From Gammaproteobacteria bacterium (GTDB lineage: Bacteria > Pseudomonadota > Gammaproteobacteria > Legionellales > Legionellaceae), in NCBI GenBank assembly GCA_030147635.1, contig JASBUZ010000018.1, forward strand, positions 162 to 64,161: 64,000 nucleotides of DNA, read 5' to 3'. The position numbers were made by a program, and so were the translations under genes. This document shows, in pieces, positions 28,243-37,537 of the stretch; the first letter of the stretch is position 1, and each line of letters opens with the position of its first letter. The notes under the pieces were generated by a model, which did no database searches, had not been told where the DNA came from, and saw only the letters and a list, made by a program, of their open reading frames with translations.

Positions 28243-29006
28243 CACTAAGCGCTACGAATTTAAATCTTTTTTTCGCCTTCAGTGTCTTCATCATGACACT
28301 TGCGGCCGGTTACTTTCCCTTTAAAAAGCGCTTAACCGAAGAAAAACATGCTGAGTTTCCGATTGGCGAAACCCTCGGCACCGGTGTTTTTCTGGGAGCG
28401 GCCCTTTTGCATATGCTCCCTGAGTCACAGGCTTTGTTTCAAAAAATGGGTTATGACTACCCACTTGCACTGCTGATTACCGGTATCGTATTTTTATTAT
28501 TTTTATGGTTTGAACACTTGGGCGAAGTGCTCTATCACAGGCATGACCATCACACCATCCACCCGGCTTTTGCCTTAATTGCTTGGGTGATGCTCTCACT
28601 GCACTCACTGGTTTTAGGAACAGCCCTTGGTTTAAGCCAAGAATATTCGATGCAAATCATGTTATTTTTGGCAATTATTGCGCATAAGTGGGCTGAAAGC
28701 TTTGCCATTGCAGTCCAACTCAACAAAAGCACATTGCATGCCAAAGCAGCCATGACACTCTTTTTAGGCTTTGCCTGCATGACCCCACTTGGTATTGCAA
28801 TTGGCTGGCACTTTGGCCGGGATGTTTCGACCAACTCATTCATCGATCCACTGCTCATGGCTGTTTCTGCCGGCACTTTCTTATACTTAGGAACACTGCA
28901 TGGCTTGGAGCGCTGTGTCATGGTACAACGTTGCTGTAATTTGCGAGACTTCAGCTTTGTCATCGTTGGCTTTTTGTTGATGGCCGCTGTCGCTATTTAT
29001 GTCTAA
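28239..29006 (+). CDS. ZIP-family metal (Zn/Fe) permease
   Basis: 255-aa multi-TM protein with ZIP-type TM4/TM5 motifs LHSLVLGTALG and AHKWAESFA. Its ATG overlaps the CDF stop codon (ATGA). Confidence 0.72.
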   Translation: MTLSATNLNLFFAFSVFIMTLAAGYFPFKKRLTEEKHAEFPIGETLGTGVFLGAALLHMLPESQALFQKMGYDYPLALLITGIVFLLFLWFEHLGEVLYHRHDHHTIHPAFALIAWVMLSLHSLVLGTALGLSQEYSMQIMLFLAIIAHKWAESFAIAVQLNKSTLHAKAAMTLFLGFACMTPLGIAIGWHFGRDVSTNSFIDPLLMAVSAGTFLYLGTLHGLERCVMVQRCCNLRDFSFVIVGFLLMAAVAIYV

Positions 29007-29033
29007 CCCACCTCGTAGAATCATGAAAACCAC

Positions 29034-30308
29034 TTATATATCAAGCTGTTGTATGCCCCCCATATAGGATTGTAAAACGTCAGGAATTTGAATAGAGCCG
29101 GACTCATCTTGATAATTCTCTAACAGCGCGACCAAGGTACGTCCCACAGCAAGACCAGAGCCATTTAGCGTGTGTAAAAGCTTAGTGTCATTATCAGATG
29201 TACGATAACGTGCTTGCATCCGCCTCGCCTGAAAATCTCCCATATTGCTACAAGATGAAATTTCACGGTAAGTATTTTGGCTGGGCAGCCATACTTCTAT
29301 ATCGTAGGTTTTTTGCGCACTCGCACCCAAGTCGCCCGTACATAAAGCGACTGTTCGGTAAGGTAATCCAAGCATTTCAAGAATCACTTCTGCATGTCGA
29401 AGCAAGGCTTCTAAGGCGTCATCAGAGGCTTCAGGCTTTGTAACCCAAACCAGTTCCACTTTTTCAAACTGATGCTGACGAATCATACCCTTGGTATCTT
29501 TACCATAAGAGCCTGCTTCACTACGAAAACAAGGGGTATGACTCGCATAGCGTTTAGGTAAATCTTTTTCCGGCACAATGGTATCGCGCACAATATTCGT
29601 GACTGGTACTTCAGCAGTTGGAATCAAATAATAAGGAAACTCGCCTTCAATTTTAAATAAATCATCGCCAAACTTAGGCAGCTGCCCTGTCCCCATCAAG
29701 CTTGCTTCATTCACCATATAGGGTACATAAATCTCCTCGTAGCCATGTTGGTTAATTTGAACATCCAACATAAATTGAGTGAGGGCGCGATGCAGCCTTG
29801 CCAGTGTCCCGGTCATCACCACAAAACGACTACCTGTAATCTTTGCGCCCATTGAAAAATCCATGAGCCCCAAAGCTTCACCCAGCTCATCGTGAGATTT
29901 AGGTTTGAAGTTAAACTGCCTTGGCTCTCCAACACGACGGATTTCTTGGTTATCTGCTTCATCTTGGCCAACAGGTACAGAAGCGTCGGGCAGATTAGGT
30001 AAGCTCAGTGTCAGTGCTTCTAGCTCTTCGAGAAGGTTCGCAAGTTCTTGCTTTTTTTGGTCTAAGGTAGATCCAAGAGTCGCGACTTCTTTTAGCAGAG
30101 GTGCAATATCTTCACCGCGTGCTTTTGCTTGCCCAATCCCCTTAGAGGCTTTATTACGTTCAAACTGCAAGTTTTCAGTCTCAACTTGCAATGCTTTGCG
30201 TTTGGCCTCAAGCGACTCAAACGTAGCTGCATCAAAAGTAAAACCACGTGTTGCAAGTCTTTTTGCGACGTCTTTTGCGTCTGTTCGTAATATTTGGGGA
30301 TCAAGCAT
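29034..30308 (-). CDS. serS: Seryl-tRNA synthetase
   Basis: 424 aa with an N-terminal coiled-coil arm and class II motifs ([18 protein letters not shown]). Confidence 0.96.
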   Translation of the reverse strand: MLDPQILRTDAKDVAKRLATRGFTFDAATFESLEAKRKALQVETENLQFERNKASKGIGQAKARGEDIAPLLKEVATLGSTLDQKKQELANLLEELEALTLSLPNLPDASVPVGQDEADNQEIRRVGEPRQFNFKPKSHDELGEALGLMDFSMGAKITGSRFVVMTGTLARLHRALTQFMLDVQINQHGYEEIYVPYMVNEASLMGTGQLPKFGDDLFKIEGEFPYYLIPTAEVPVTNIVRDTIVPEKDLPKRYASHTPCFRSEAGSYGKDTKGMIRQHQFEKVELVWVTKPEASDDALEALLRHAEVILEMLGLPYRTVALCTGDLGASAQKTYDIEVWLPSQNTYREISSCSNMGDFQARRMQARYRTSDNDTKLLHTLNGSGLAVGRTLVALLENYQDESGSIQIPDVLQSYMGGIQQLDI

Positions 30309-30317
30309 AACAAAAAC

Positions 30318-31088
30318 CTATCTTACTATACCGCGCTTTGATTCATTCAAAAAATCAATCATTAAAGATACTTCAGGAAACTCAGCGAGCATATTCTCTA
30401 AATCAGCAATAGACTCTTGTACTGAGAGCCCTTTACGAAACACCACTTTATAAGCTCGTCTAAGTGCATTCACCGCTTCCGATGAAAAACCGCGGCGCTT
30501 TAGTCCAACCACGTTAATGCCATAAACCGTCGTATCTTGGCCAGAGATAATCACATAAGGCAACACATCTTTCTTCACGTAAGTAGCACCTGTAATAAAT
30601 GCATAAGCACCGACTTTACAAAATTGATGTACACCAGAGTAAGCACCTATGGTTGCATAGTCACCGACCGTCACGTGGCCCGACAAAGCCGCATAACTCA
30701 CCATAGACACATAGTCACCAAGCTTACAGTCATGTCCAACATGGGAGTAAGCTAAAAACAGACAATGGTTACCAATACGTGTTAGGCCACCGCCATTGAC
30801 TGTACCGCGACTAATCAAGCAAAACTCCCGAATCACAGTATTATCACCGATTTCAAGTCGAGTGGGTTCACCGTTATAAGTCACATCTTGTGGCTCATCA
30901 CCGACAGACGCAAACTGAAAGATTTTATTATTTTTTCCAATTTTAGTTGGGCCTTGAATGACAACATGCGGTCCAATCCAAGTATTCTCACCAATCTCTA
31001 CATCGGGGCCAATAATGGTCCCGGGGCCAACGGTTACCCCTTCTGCAAGTTTCGCTGAAGGGTCGATTATTGCTTGCTTACTAATCAC
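30318..31088 (-). CDS. lpxA: UDP-N-acetylglucosamine acyltransferase
   Basis: 256 aa with hexapeptide repeats throughout. It overlaps fabZ by 4 nt. Confidence 0.92.
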   Translation of the reverse strand: MISKQAIIDPSAKLAEGVTVGPGTIIGPDVEIGENTWIGPHVVIQGPTKIGKNNKIFQFASVGDEPQDVTYNGEPTRLEIGDNTVIREFCLISRGTVNGGGLTRIGNHCLFLAYSHVGHDCKLGDYVSMVSYAALSGHVTVGDYATIGAYSGVHQFCKVGAYAFITGATYVKKDVLPYVIISGQDTTVYGINVVGLKRRGFSSEAVNALRRAYKVVFRKGLSVQESIADLENMLAEFPEVSLMIDFLNESKRGIVR

Positions 31089-31549
31089 GCGGTTGTATCC
31101 TTCTTGACTTCCTTAGAAGCACTCATTAAATCAGCAGAACACGCCAGCTTGCCGTCTACGCTTGCTTCTGCATGCACTCGCCAAAAGTCACGCCTTTGAT
31201 TGGTAAGTGTAATATTCAGCAAAAGTTGATCACCTGGGGTCACCATCGTTTTAAATTTTACATTATCAATACTTGCAAAAAAATAAAGAAACTTATGCCC
31301 CTCTTTCGGGGTTCTTGAAAAATTAGACAAAAGTCCACCTGCCTGTGCCAATGCTTCGAGCATGAGCACACCAGGCATAATTGGATTTCCTGGGAAATGC
31401 CCCTGAAAAAATGGCTCGTTAATGGTGACATTCTTAATTGCCGTTAAATACTCGTAGGGTTTGTAATCTAACACGCGGTCTACGAGTAAAAACGGATAAC
31501 GATGCGGCAATGATTCAATAATTGCATTGATATCAATTTCTGAGGTCAT
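31085..31549 (-). CDS. fabZ: 3-hydroxyacyl-ACP dehydratase FabZ
   Basis: Motifs LPHRYPFLLVDRV and HFPGNPIMPGVL. The start is set at MTSEIDIN, giving 154 aa; the 15-aa upstream extension in the track is not conserved. Confidence 0.93.
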   Translation of the reverse strand: MTSEIDINAIIESLPHRYPFLLVDRVLDYKPYEYLTAIKNVTINEPFFQGHFPGNPIMPGVLMLEALAQAGGLLSNFSRTPKEGHKFLYFFASIDNVKFKTMVTPGDQLLLNITLTNQRRDFWRVHAEASVDGKLACSADLMSASKEVKKDTTA

Positions 31550-31584
31550 ACCAAAAATCCTTACGTAAATAAAAACCATAAATG

Positions 31585-31610
31585 CCCCGGACAAGCCGAG
31601 GCACGTAGGA
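31585..31610. repeat. Half-copy of the REP-like hairpin element seen at 13321..13387
   Basis: CCCCGGACAAGCCGAGGCACGTAGGA closely matches the reverse complement of CCTACGTGCCGCGGCTTGTCCGCGG. It lies between the skp stop and the fabZ start. Confidence 0.6.
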
Positions 31611-31612
31611 GA

Positions 31613-32128
31613 TTAAGATTTAGCAGCTTCTTTTGCTACTTCAATCACACGGTCTGTCACATCTAACTTATCTAAGCTAAATGGGGCTGCGTCTTTTTGA
31701 AGCACTAAATCATATTTTTTCTCTTGAGCAACTTTGGAAATAGCAGCTCGAACTTTGTTATAAAACTGCTCCATCGCTTGATTGTGAGCCGCACTGAGTT
31801 CTTGCTGATACTGCTGACCTTCACGCTCAAATTGTTGCTGAGCCGCGACAATTTTTTCTTCGGCTTCTTTACGCTTTGCTTGGTTCATCACCGAGCTATC
31901 ACGCTTAAAGGCATCCATATCAGATTTTAAGTCAGCTTCCATCCCCATTAATTTGTCTCGACGTGGCTTAAACTCTTGCTCAAGCTTCGCCTGAATAGAT
32001 TTCATTTCATCTGAGGTTTGCATCACTTTTTGCAAATCAACCACTGCAATTTTAGGCGCATCAGCAAAAGCAGTTACTGAGCCTAAAGAAAAGGCTAATG
32101 CCAACAACACACCACTTAATCGTTTCAT
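31613..32128 (-). CDS. skp: Periplasmic chaperone Skp (OmpH)
   Basis: The start at MKRLSGVLLALAF (signal peptide) is preceded by GGAGA. The body is coiled-coil and K/E/Q-rich, and the gene lies downstream of bamA. Confidence 0.85.
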   Translation of the reverse strand: MKRLSGVLLALAFSLGSVTAFADAPKIAVVDLQKVMQTSDEMKSIQAKLEQEFKPRRDKLMGMEADLKSDMDAFKRDSSVMNQAKRKEAEEKIVAAQQQFEREGQQYQQELSAAHNQAMEQFYNKVRAAISKVAQEKKYDLVLQKDAAPFSLDKLDVTDRVIEVAKEAAKS

Positions 32129-32233
32129 GCGTTTACTCTCCGTATTAAATTTTGAATTCAATTAAACTGCACCACGCCGAGTCCCCAAGGCAGGGACTCA
32201 TGCTAGCATAATTTCAAGTAAGTTACGATAAGC

Positions 32234-34561
32234 CTAGAAACCAGACGCTAACGTAAACTGGAATGGCTGCGACTGATCGAACGGTTGTTTGTTCAGTGGC
32301 TCAGCAAAGCTGAAAACCAATGGACCAAAGGGTGAGCGCCACTCAACAGAAACACCAGCAGAATAACGCATAGGTCCTGCAGGAGTTCCCGAAAGAATCT
32401 GAGGCGTTCCGGCAACAAACACATTACCCGCATCAAAGAAAATAGTGGTTCTTAAGTTATCTCGACTGAGTGGGAATGGCAAAATTAAGCCCGCACTACC
32501 ATTCAAGAGCAGGTTGGCACCAATCGCAGTTCCGTTACTATCTCGTGGCCCTAAGGAATAACTCTCGTAACCACGAACTTGCCCAGGCATCGCAATACCC
32601 CCAGCAAAGTAGTTTTCATAAAATGGCAGACCAGTGCCATTAAACTGATTCCCGTACTGCGCATTAACTAATACAGTTCCAATAAAGCCTTTACCCAACT
32701 GTTTATAGGAGTGAGCCTGATAGGCCAATTTGAAATACTCAAACGACTTAGACGTAGCAGGTAGTGCCACCAAACCACTCGCTTGCTGGTTAATCCCTTT
32801 GTTCGGATATGGCATCTGGTCGTAGCCGTTTTTGTTCCAACCGCCACTTAAGCGAATCTGATAAAAATCATCACCAAAGAGCCGCTCAAACGCCTGAATC
32901 TGCGAAATATTACCCGCGTTTTGAATATTCAAACCCTGATAGCCATAGCCCAGCTGTAAACTACTGCGCTCGCTGAGCAAGATATTGTAGTTTACATCGC
33001 CACCAAATCGGTTCGCACTGTATTGAGCAACGTCTAATTTACGTGGGTCAACGGTTTGGTAATACAAGGCCACACCCCGGCCAACGCCTGTGTTGGTATA
33101 GAAAGGATTGTAATAGTTAAACGCATAATCCAATCCCCAGTAGGTCGCATTAAAGGTAAAGCCGACGGTGCGGCCTGTTCCCATAAAGTTATACTGGTTC
33201 ACAGAAGCATTAAACTGAGGCCCGGTGGTTCCGTAACCCGCAGATGCGCTGGCTTCAGCAGATGGACTCTCTTCCACTCCCACATCCAAATCAACTAAGT
33301 TGTTTGCCTTAGGCACTGGCGTGGTTTTGACGTTAATGTTTTTGATGTAATTCAAAAGGCGTAATTGTCGCTCAGATTCTTTAATGTTATGCAGCGATAA
33401 CAATGAGCCTTCATCCTGGTGCATCATGTTTCGAAGGACATAATCGCCTGTTTTGGTGTTGCCATGAAAATTAATTCGACGCACATACACATGACGGCCC
33501 GGGTCAATCATGAAAGTAATGAATACGGTTTTATTACGCTCATTAATCCGTGGGTCGGCATTAATCGCCGGGAAACCATAGCCTAAATCACCAAGCGCTA
33601 AACTGATTTCAGAAATACTCTCAGTCACTTTTTTACGTGAAAAAACATCGCCTGCTTTGATATCCACTAATGTATTCAGCTTTTCTTTGGACAAAATCGT
33701 CTTACCGGTAAAAGAGTATCCCGAAAAGTGATACTGAGGCCCTTCTTCAATGTGAATATGAATAAATACATCTTTCTTATCGGGTGACAGTAATACCTGC
33801 GAAGAGACCAAAGTAAACTTTAAGTAACCGTGGTTCAAATAAAACGAGCGCAACGCTTCGATTGAGGCATCCATCGCTGTTTTCGAATATTGGTCTTTTT
33901 TGGTGAAATAGGTAAACATGTTTCGACCAGCAAGCGATATCTGCGACATCAACTCTTCTTCGGTAAAATCATGATTCCCGATGATTTTAACTTCTTTAAT
34001 ACGAGACACACGCCCTTCTGAAATCTTAATGTCAATTGCTACACGATTTTCAGCCAGAGGCGTCACGGTTGACTCAATGCGAGCATTATATTTTCCTCGT
34101 GCGTTGTAGGCAATTTTCATTTCTTTTTCGAGGCGCTCAAGTGATGCACGCTGGAATACCCGCCCCTTCACGAGCCCAAGCTCTTTTAGAATATCTTTCA
34201 TTTTATCTTTGGGAATGTCTTTATTGCCCGTCACAGACACCGAACCAATGGTTGCACGCTCAACCACTTGGACCACTAACGTATTCCCTTCTCGCTCGAG
34301 CACCACAGACTGGAAAAATCCGGTATCGTACAACGCACGGATAATCTTAGGCGTTGATTCAGGCCCGACTTCTTCCCCAACTTGAACTGGCAAGTAGTTT
34401 AATACGGTTCCGGTGCTCACCCGCTGCAAACCGGTAATTTTAATATCACGCACCACAAAGCGATAAGAGTCAGCAGCCTCTAGGCCGAAAGAACACAGCA
34501 GCATGAAAACACAACACAATCCTGTAAAAATCCGATGACTTCTTTTTTTCATATTTTTCAT
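32234..34561 (-). CDS. bamA: Outer-membrane protein assembly factor BamA
   Basis: 775 aa with a signal peptide, POTRA repeats and a C-terminal beta-barrel ending ...FTLASGF. Confidence 0.95.
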   Translation of the reverse strand: MKNMKKRSHRIFTGLCCVFMLLCSFGLEAADSYRFVVRDIKITGLQRVSTGTVLNYLPVQVGEEVGPESTPKIIRALYDTGFFQSVVLEREGNTLVVQVVERATIGSVSVTGNKDIPKDKMKDILKELGLVKGRVFQRASLERLEKEMKIAYNARGKYNARIESTVTPLAENRVAIDIKISEGRVSRIKEVKIIGNHDFTEEELMSQISLAGRNMFTYFTKKDQYSKTAMDASIEALRSFYLNHGYLKFTLVSSQVLLSPDKKDVFIHIHIEEGPQYHFSGYSFTGKTILSKEKLNTLVDIKAGDVFSRKKVTESISEISLALGDLGYGFPAINADPRINERNKTVFITFMIDPGRHVYVRRINFHGNTKTGDYVLRNMMHQDEGSLLSLHNIKESERQLRLLNYIKNINVKTTPVPKANNLVDLDVGVEESPSAEASASAGYGTTGPQFNASVNQYNFMGTGRTVGFTFNATYWGLDYAFNYYNPFYTNTGVGRGVALYYQTVDPRKLDVAQYSANRFGGDVNYNILLSERSSLQLGYGYQGLNIQNAGNISQIQAFERLFGDDFYQIRLSGGWNKNGYDQMPYPNKGINQQASGLVALPATSKSFEYFKLAYQAHSYKQLGKGFIGTVLVNAQYGNQFNGTGLPFYENYFAGGIAMPGQVRGYESYSLGPRDSNGTAIGANLLLNGSAGLILPFPLSRDNLRTTIFFDAGNVFVAGTPQILSGTPAGPMRYSAGVSVEWRSPFGPLVFSFAEPLNKQPFDQSQPFQFTLASGF

Positions 34562-34586
34562 ATTTTTTTATTACATCCAATACGTG

Positions 34587-35942
34587 TCATGATCCCATCA
34601 ATCGAACCACGTCATTTTTTAACGCAACCGCAGTCAACGCCATCAAACAAACAAGCCCTAATACAACCCCAGCTGTTTTAGAGCGTTCTGATAAGGCTCG
34701 ACCTGTTGCCAGTTCAATCAGGGAATACATCAACTGTCCCCCATCCAAAATAGGGATGGGTAACAAGTTCAACACACCCAGTCCAATACTCACAAGTGCT
34801 AAGAAAGACAAATAGTAAACCAATCCTCCTCGCGCAGAACTTCCAGCCCCTTCAGCCATGCCTAAAGGGCCACTCAAATTTTTAACTGGCAGCTCACCTG
34901 AGAGCATGCGGCCAATCCACTTCACAGTTGCGTGGGTAAAAAGCCAAGTTTGCTTAGATGCAGTAACTATCGCATCTAATGGGCCTTCACGAGCTATACG
35001 AAACAAATCTTTGGGCCAATTGCCTCGCTCGGACAAAACACCAAGCACCCCTTCTTGCTTTCCTGCCGCCATACGATGCCCCAGAAAAACAGACAATTCT
35101 TTTTCTTCTTGTCCCCGCTTTAACGTCAGGGTAATCATTTGGTCGGGATGGTTTTTAACATAGATAACGAGCTCACGCCAATCATTGATTAAATGTCCAT
35201 CAACTGCCAATACCTCATCTCCAACCTGCAAACCCGCTTGCATCGCCGGTGTGTCGGGAAAAACTTCAGCAACAAGCGGTGTGATTTTTGGCAAAAAAGG
35301 TTTAATGCCAAGCAAGGCAATGGGATCAGAATCAGGCTCAGGAACTGCCCACCCCCCCAAAGGCACTTGCAAGTGACGCTTAAATCCATCGTTTCTGGAA
35401 GTCACCCCGACATCAAGTAATCCATGCCCTCCCATATGCGGCATCAAAGCATAGCGCACATCACGCCAGCTCGAAACCGATTTGCCACCCACCATTGTAA
35501 TTTCATCTTGAAGCAAAAACCCTGATTGCTCTGCCATGCTACGTGGTACCACTTCATCAACAATGGGGGCGAGTGTCGTCATACCAATCATGGCGACACA
35601 CCAAAAAGCCAAAAAGGCCAAAGCGAAATTAAATAAGGGGCCTGCTAAAATAATAGCAATTCGCCGACTCTGAGGCTTTGCGTTTAACGCAAGGTGACGT
35701 TCTGATGCTTTGACTGCTTCATCACCTTCACCCAACAGCTTCACGTAGCCGCCAAGTGGAATCATCGACCAGACAAACTCGGTCCCGTGCTTATCACGTC
35801 TTGAAAATAAAACGCGTCCAAAACCAAATGAAAACCGTAATACTTTGACCCCACACCATCTCGCGACCAAAAAATGGCCTGCCTCATGGATCGTGACCAA
35901 AATAAAAAGCGCAAGCATGAAATAAAATAGGGTCAGCAACAT
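34587..35942 (-). CDS. rseP: Site-2 (RIP) zinc metalloprotease RseP
   Basis: 451 aa with HEAGHFLVAR (HExxH), PDZ regions and the LDGG motif. Confidence 0.93.
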   Translation of the reverse strand: MLLTLFYFMLALFILVTIHEAGHFLVARWCGVKVLRFSFGFGRVLFSRRDKHGTEFVWSMIPLGGYVKLLGEGDEAVKASERHLALNAKPQSRRIAIILAGPLFNFALAFLAFWCVAMIGMTTLAPIVDEVVPRSMAEQSGFLLQDEITMVGGKSVSSWRDVRYALMPHMGGHGLLDVGVTSRNDGFKRHLQVPLGGWAVPEPDSDPIALLGIKPFLPKITPLVAEVFPDTPAMQAGLQVGDEVLAVDGHLINDWRELVIYVKNHPDQMITLTLKRGQEEKELSVFLGHRMAAGKQEGVLGVLSERGNWPKDLFRIAREGPLDAIVTASKQTWLFTHATVKWIGRMLSGELPVKNLSGPLGMAEGAGSSARGGLVYYLSFLALVSIGLGVLNLLPIPILDGGQLMYSLIELATGRALSERSKTAGVVLGLVCLMALTAVALKNDVVRLMGS

Positions 35943-35944
35943 GA

Positions 35945-36742
35945 TTAGAACCCTGGAAAAAAGTAGCTAAAGCCCGCATAAAACCAAGGTAGTGCTGCGA
36001 GCAAACTGTCTAGTCTATCTAGAATGCCACCGTGTCCTGGCAACAAATTTCCTGTATCTTTCAGGTGACAACGACGCTTGAGCATACTAATCGCTAAGTC
36101 CCCAAAAATAGAAACTACAACTGTGATCAACGCAATGCCGAACCAAATTGGCAAATCATGTGGTGACCAAATCCATGCACCAATCGCTGCAACCCCCATG
36201 GGTAAGATAAGCCCTCCCAGCGCACCTTCAATGGTTTTACCTGAGCTCACATGTGGAATCAGTGCATGCTTGCCCAAAAGCCGGCCTGCAAAATAAGCAC
36301 CAGAATCAGACACACTCACCAAAGCCAACACATAAATGATAAGCCCCGCACCATGCGCATTCAGATATAGCTTGGCAGCACTGACTCCTAAAAGTGGTAA
36401 GAAAATACACCCCAACAGCCAAACAAACCAAGACATCCCCCAAACACGCTCCGAGGCAGGATAAGTCATGATAGCAAGCATCATCAGACCCCAGACAAAA
36501 AGCCCTAATAGCAACCAGAGCCAAAACCCAAAAAAACATAACACAGCAGAAACAATGAGCGTCGCGAAAAAAACAAACTTAGTCCGCACAGATTTCAGTG
36601 GAATCAAACTTGCCCACTCATTCGCGGCAAGCCCCAATGCAAACACTAAAAGCCCCAATAAAACTAAAGGGTGTGCATACAAAATAGCAAACAGTACCAA
36701 AGGTACTAAAATCGCTGCTGTAATCAGTCGCTTCTTAAGCAT
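35945..36742 (-). CDS. cdsA: Phosphatidate cytidylyltransferase
   Basis: 265-aa multi-TM protein with SGKTIEG and GHGGILDRLDS. Confidence 0.92.
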   Translation of the reverse strand: MLKKRLITAAILVPLVLFAILYAHPLVLLGLLVFALGLAANEWASLIPLKSVRTKFVFFATLIVSAVLCFFGFWLWLLLGLFVWGLMMLAIMTYPASERVWGMSWFVWLLGCIFLPLLGVSAAKLYLNAHGAGLIIYVLALVSVSDSGAYFAGRLLGKHALIPHVSSGKTIEGALGGLILPMGVAAIGAWIWSPHDLPIWFGIALITVVVSIFGDLAISMLKRRCHLKDTGNLLPGHGGILDRLDSLLAALPWFYAGFSYFFPGF

Positions 36743-37469
36743 TTGCTTCCTCAGTCAGTTGTTTAGAGGTTTTACCATACCGCCGCTCCCGTGCTGCAAA
36801 CCAATCGAGGGCCTTGTCAAATTCTTCAGGCGTAAAGTCTGGCCACGCTACATCCGTAAAATAAAGCTCGCTATAAGCAAGCTGCCATAAGAAAAAGTTA
36901 CTGATGCGCTGCTCACCACTAGTTCGAATAAATAAGTCAGGAGACGGTAGGCCACTGGTTGATAGCGCATCGGAAAAAATAACGCCATCCACGGCTTGTA
37001 CTGCGAGTTCACCTGCCTGTACGCGCTCAATCAAATTGCGTGTTGCCTGGAGAATATCCCAACAACCGCTATAGTTCATGGCAACGTTCACATGAAGGGC
37101 TTGGTTATTTTGGGTCAATTGCTCACTCGCTTGTATCCGTTCCTGCAATTCCTTATCCAATACAGTTCTATCACCAATAAATCGCAAACACACCCCTTCC
37201 TGGTGCAGCTCGGCTATTTCTCGCTCAAGGGACTGAAGGAATAAATCCATAAGAAAATTGACTTCTTCAGCAGGGCGTGCCCAATTTTCCTGGCCAAAAG
37301 CAAAGACACTGAGGGTCGAAATATTTTTTTGCGGACAAACCTTCACGATTCCTCGTATTGCTTCGACACCAGCTCGATGTCCTTCCGCCCGTGGTAAGCC
37401 TTGCGCCTCGGCCCAGCGACCATTGCCATCCATCACAATCGCGACATGCTGTGGTGTTTTTTGCTTCAA
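36735..37469 (-). CDS. uppS: Undecaprenyl diphosphate synthase
   Basis: 244 aa with HVAIVMDGNGRWA and a C-terminal RERRYG. Confidence 0.94.
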   Translation of the reverse strand: MKQKTPQHVAIVMDGNGRWAEAQGLPRAEGHRAGVEAIRGIVKVCPQKNISTLSVFAFGQENWARPAEEVNFLMDLFLQSLEREIAELHQEGVCLRFIGDRTVLDKELQERIQASEQLTQNNQALHVNVAMNYSGCWDILQATRNLIERVQAGELAVQAVDGVIFSDALSTSGLPSPDLFIRTSGEQRISNFFLWQLAYSELYFTDVAWPDFTPEEFDKALDWFAARERRYGKTSKQLTEEANA

Positions 37470-37537
37470 ACTACTTCATCCTTTGAAAAAAATGGCCTAT
37501 AGTCTAACCTCTTTATCTCAAAAGTTTAAGAGCTAAC

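Noticed and set aside
31550-31594. N-terminal extensions in the ORF track for fabZ, skp, ctpA, uvrD, udk, the TPR protein and the 16111 membrane protein
   Set aside because: Internal start codons line up with the conserved N-termini of homologues and/or are preceded by good Shine-Dalgarno sequences. The upstream extensions are non-conserved and lack ribosome-binding sites.
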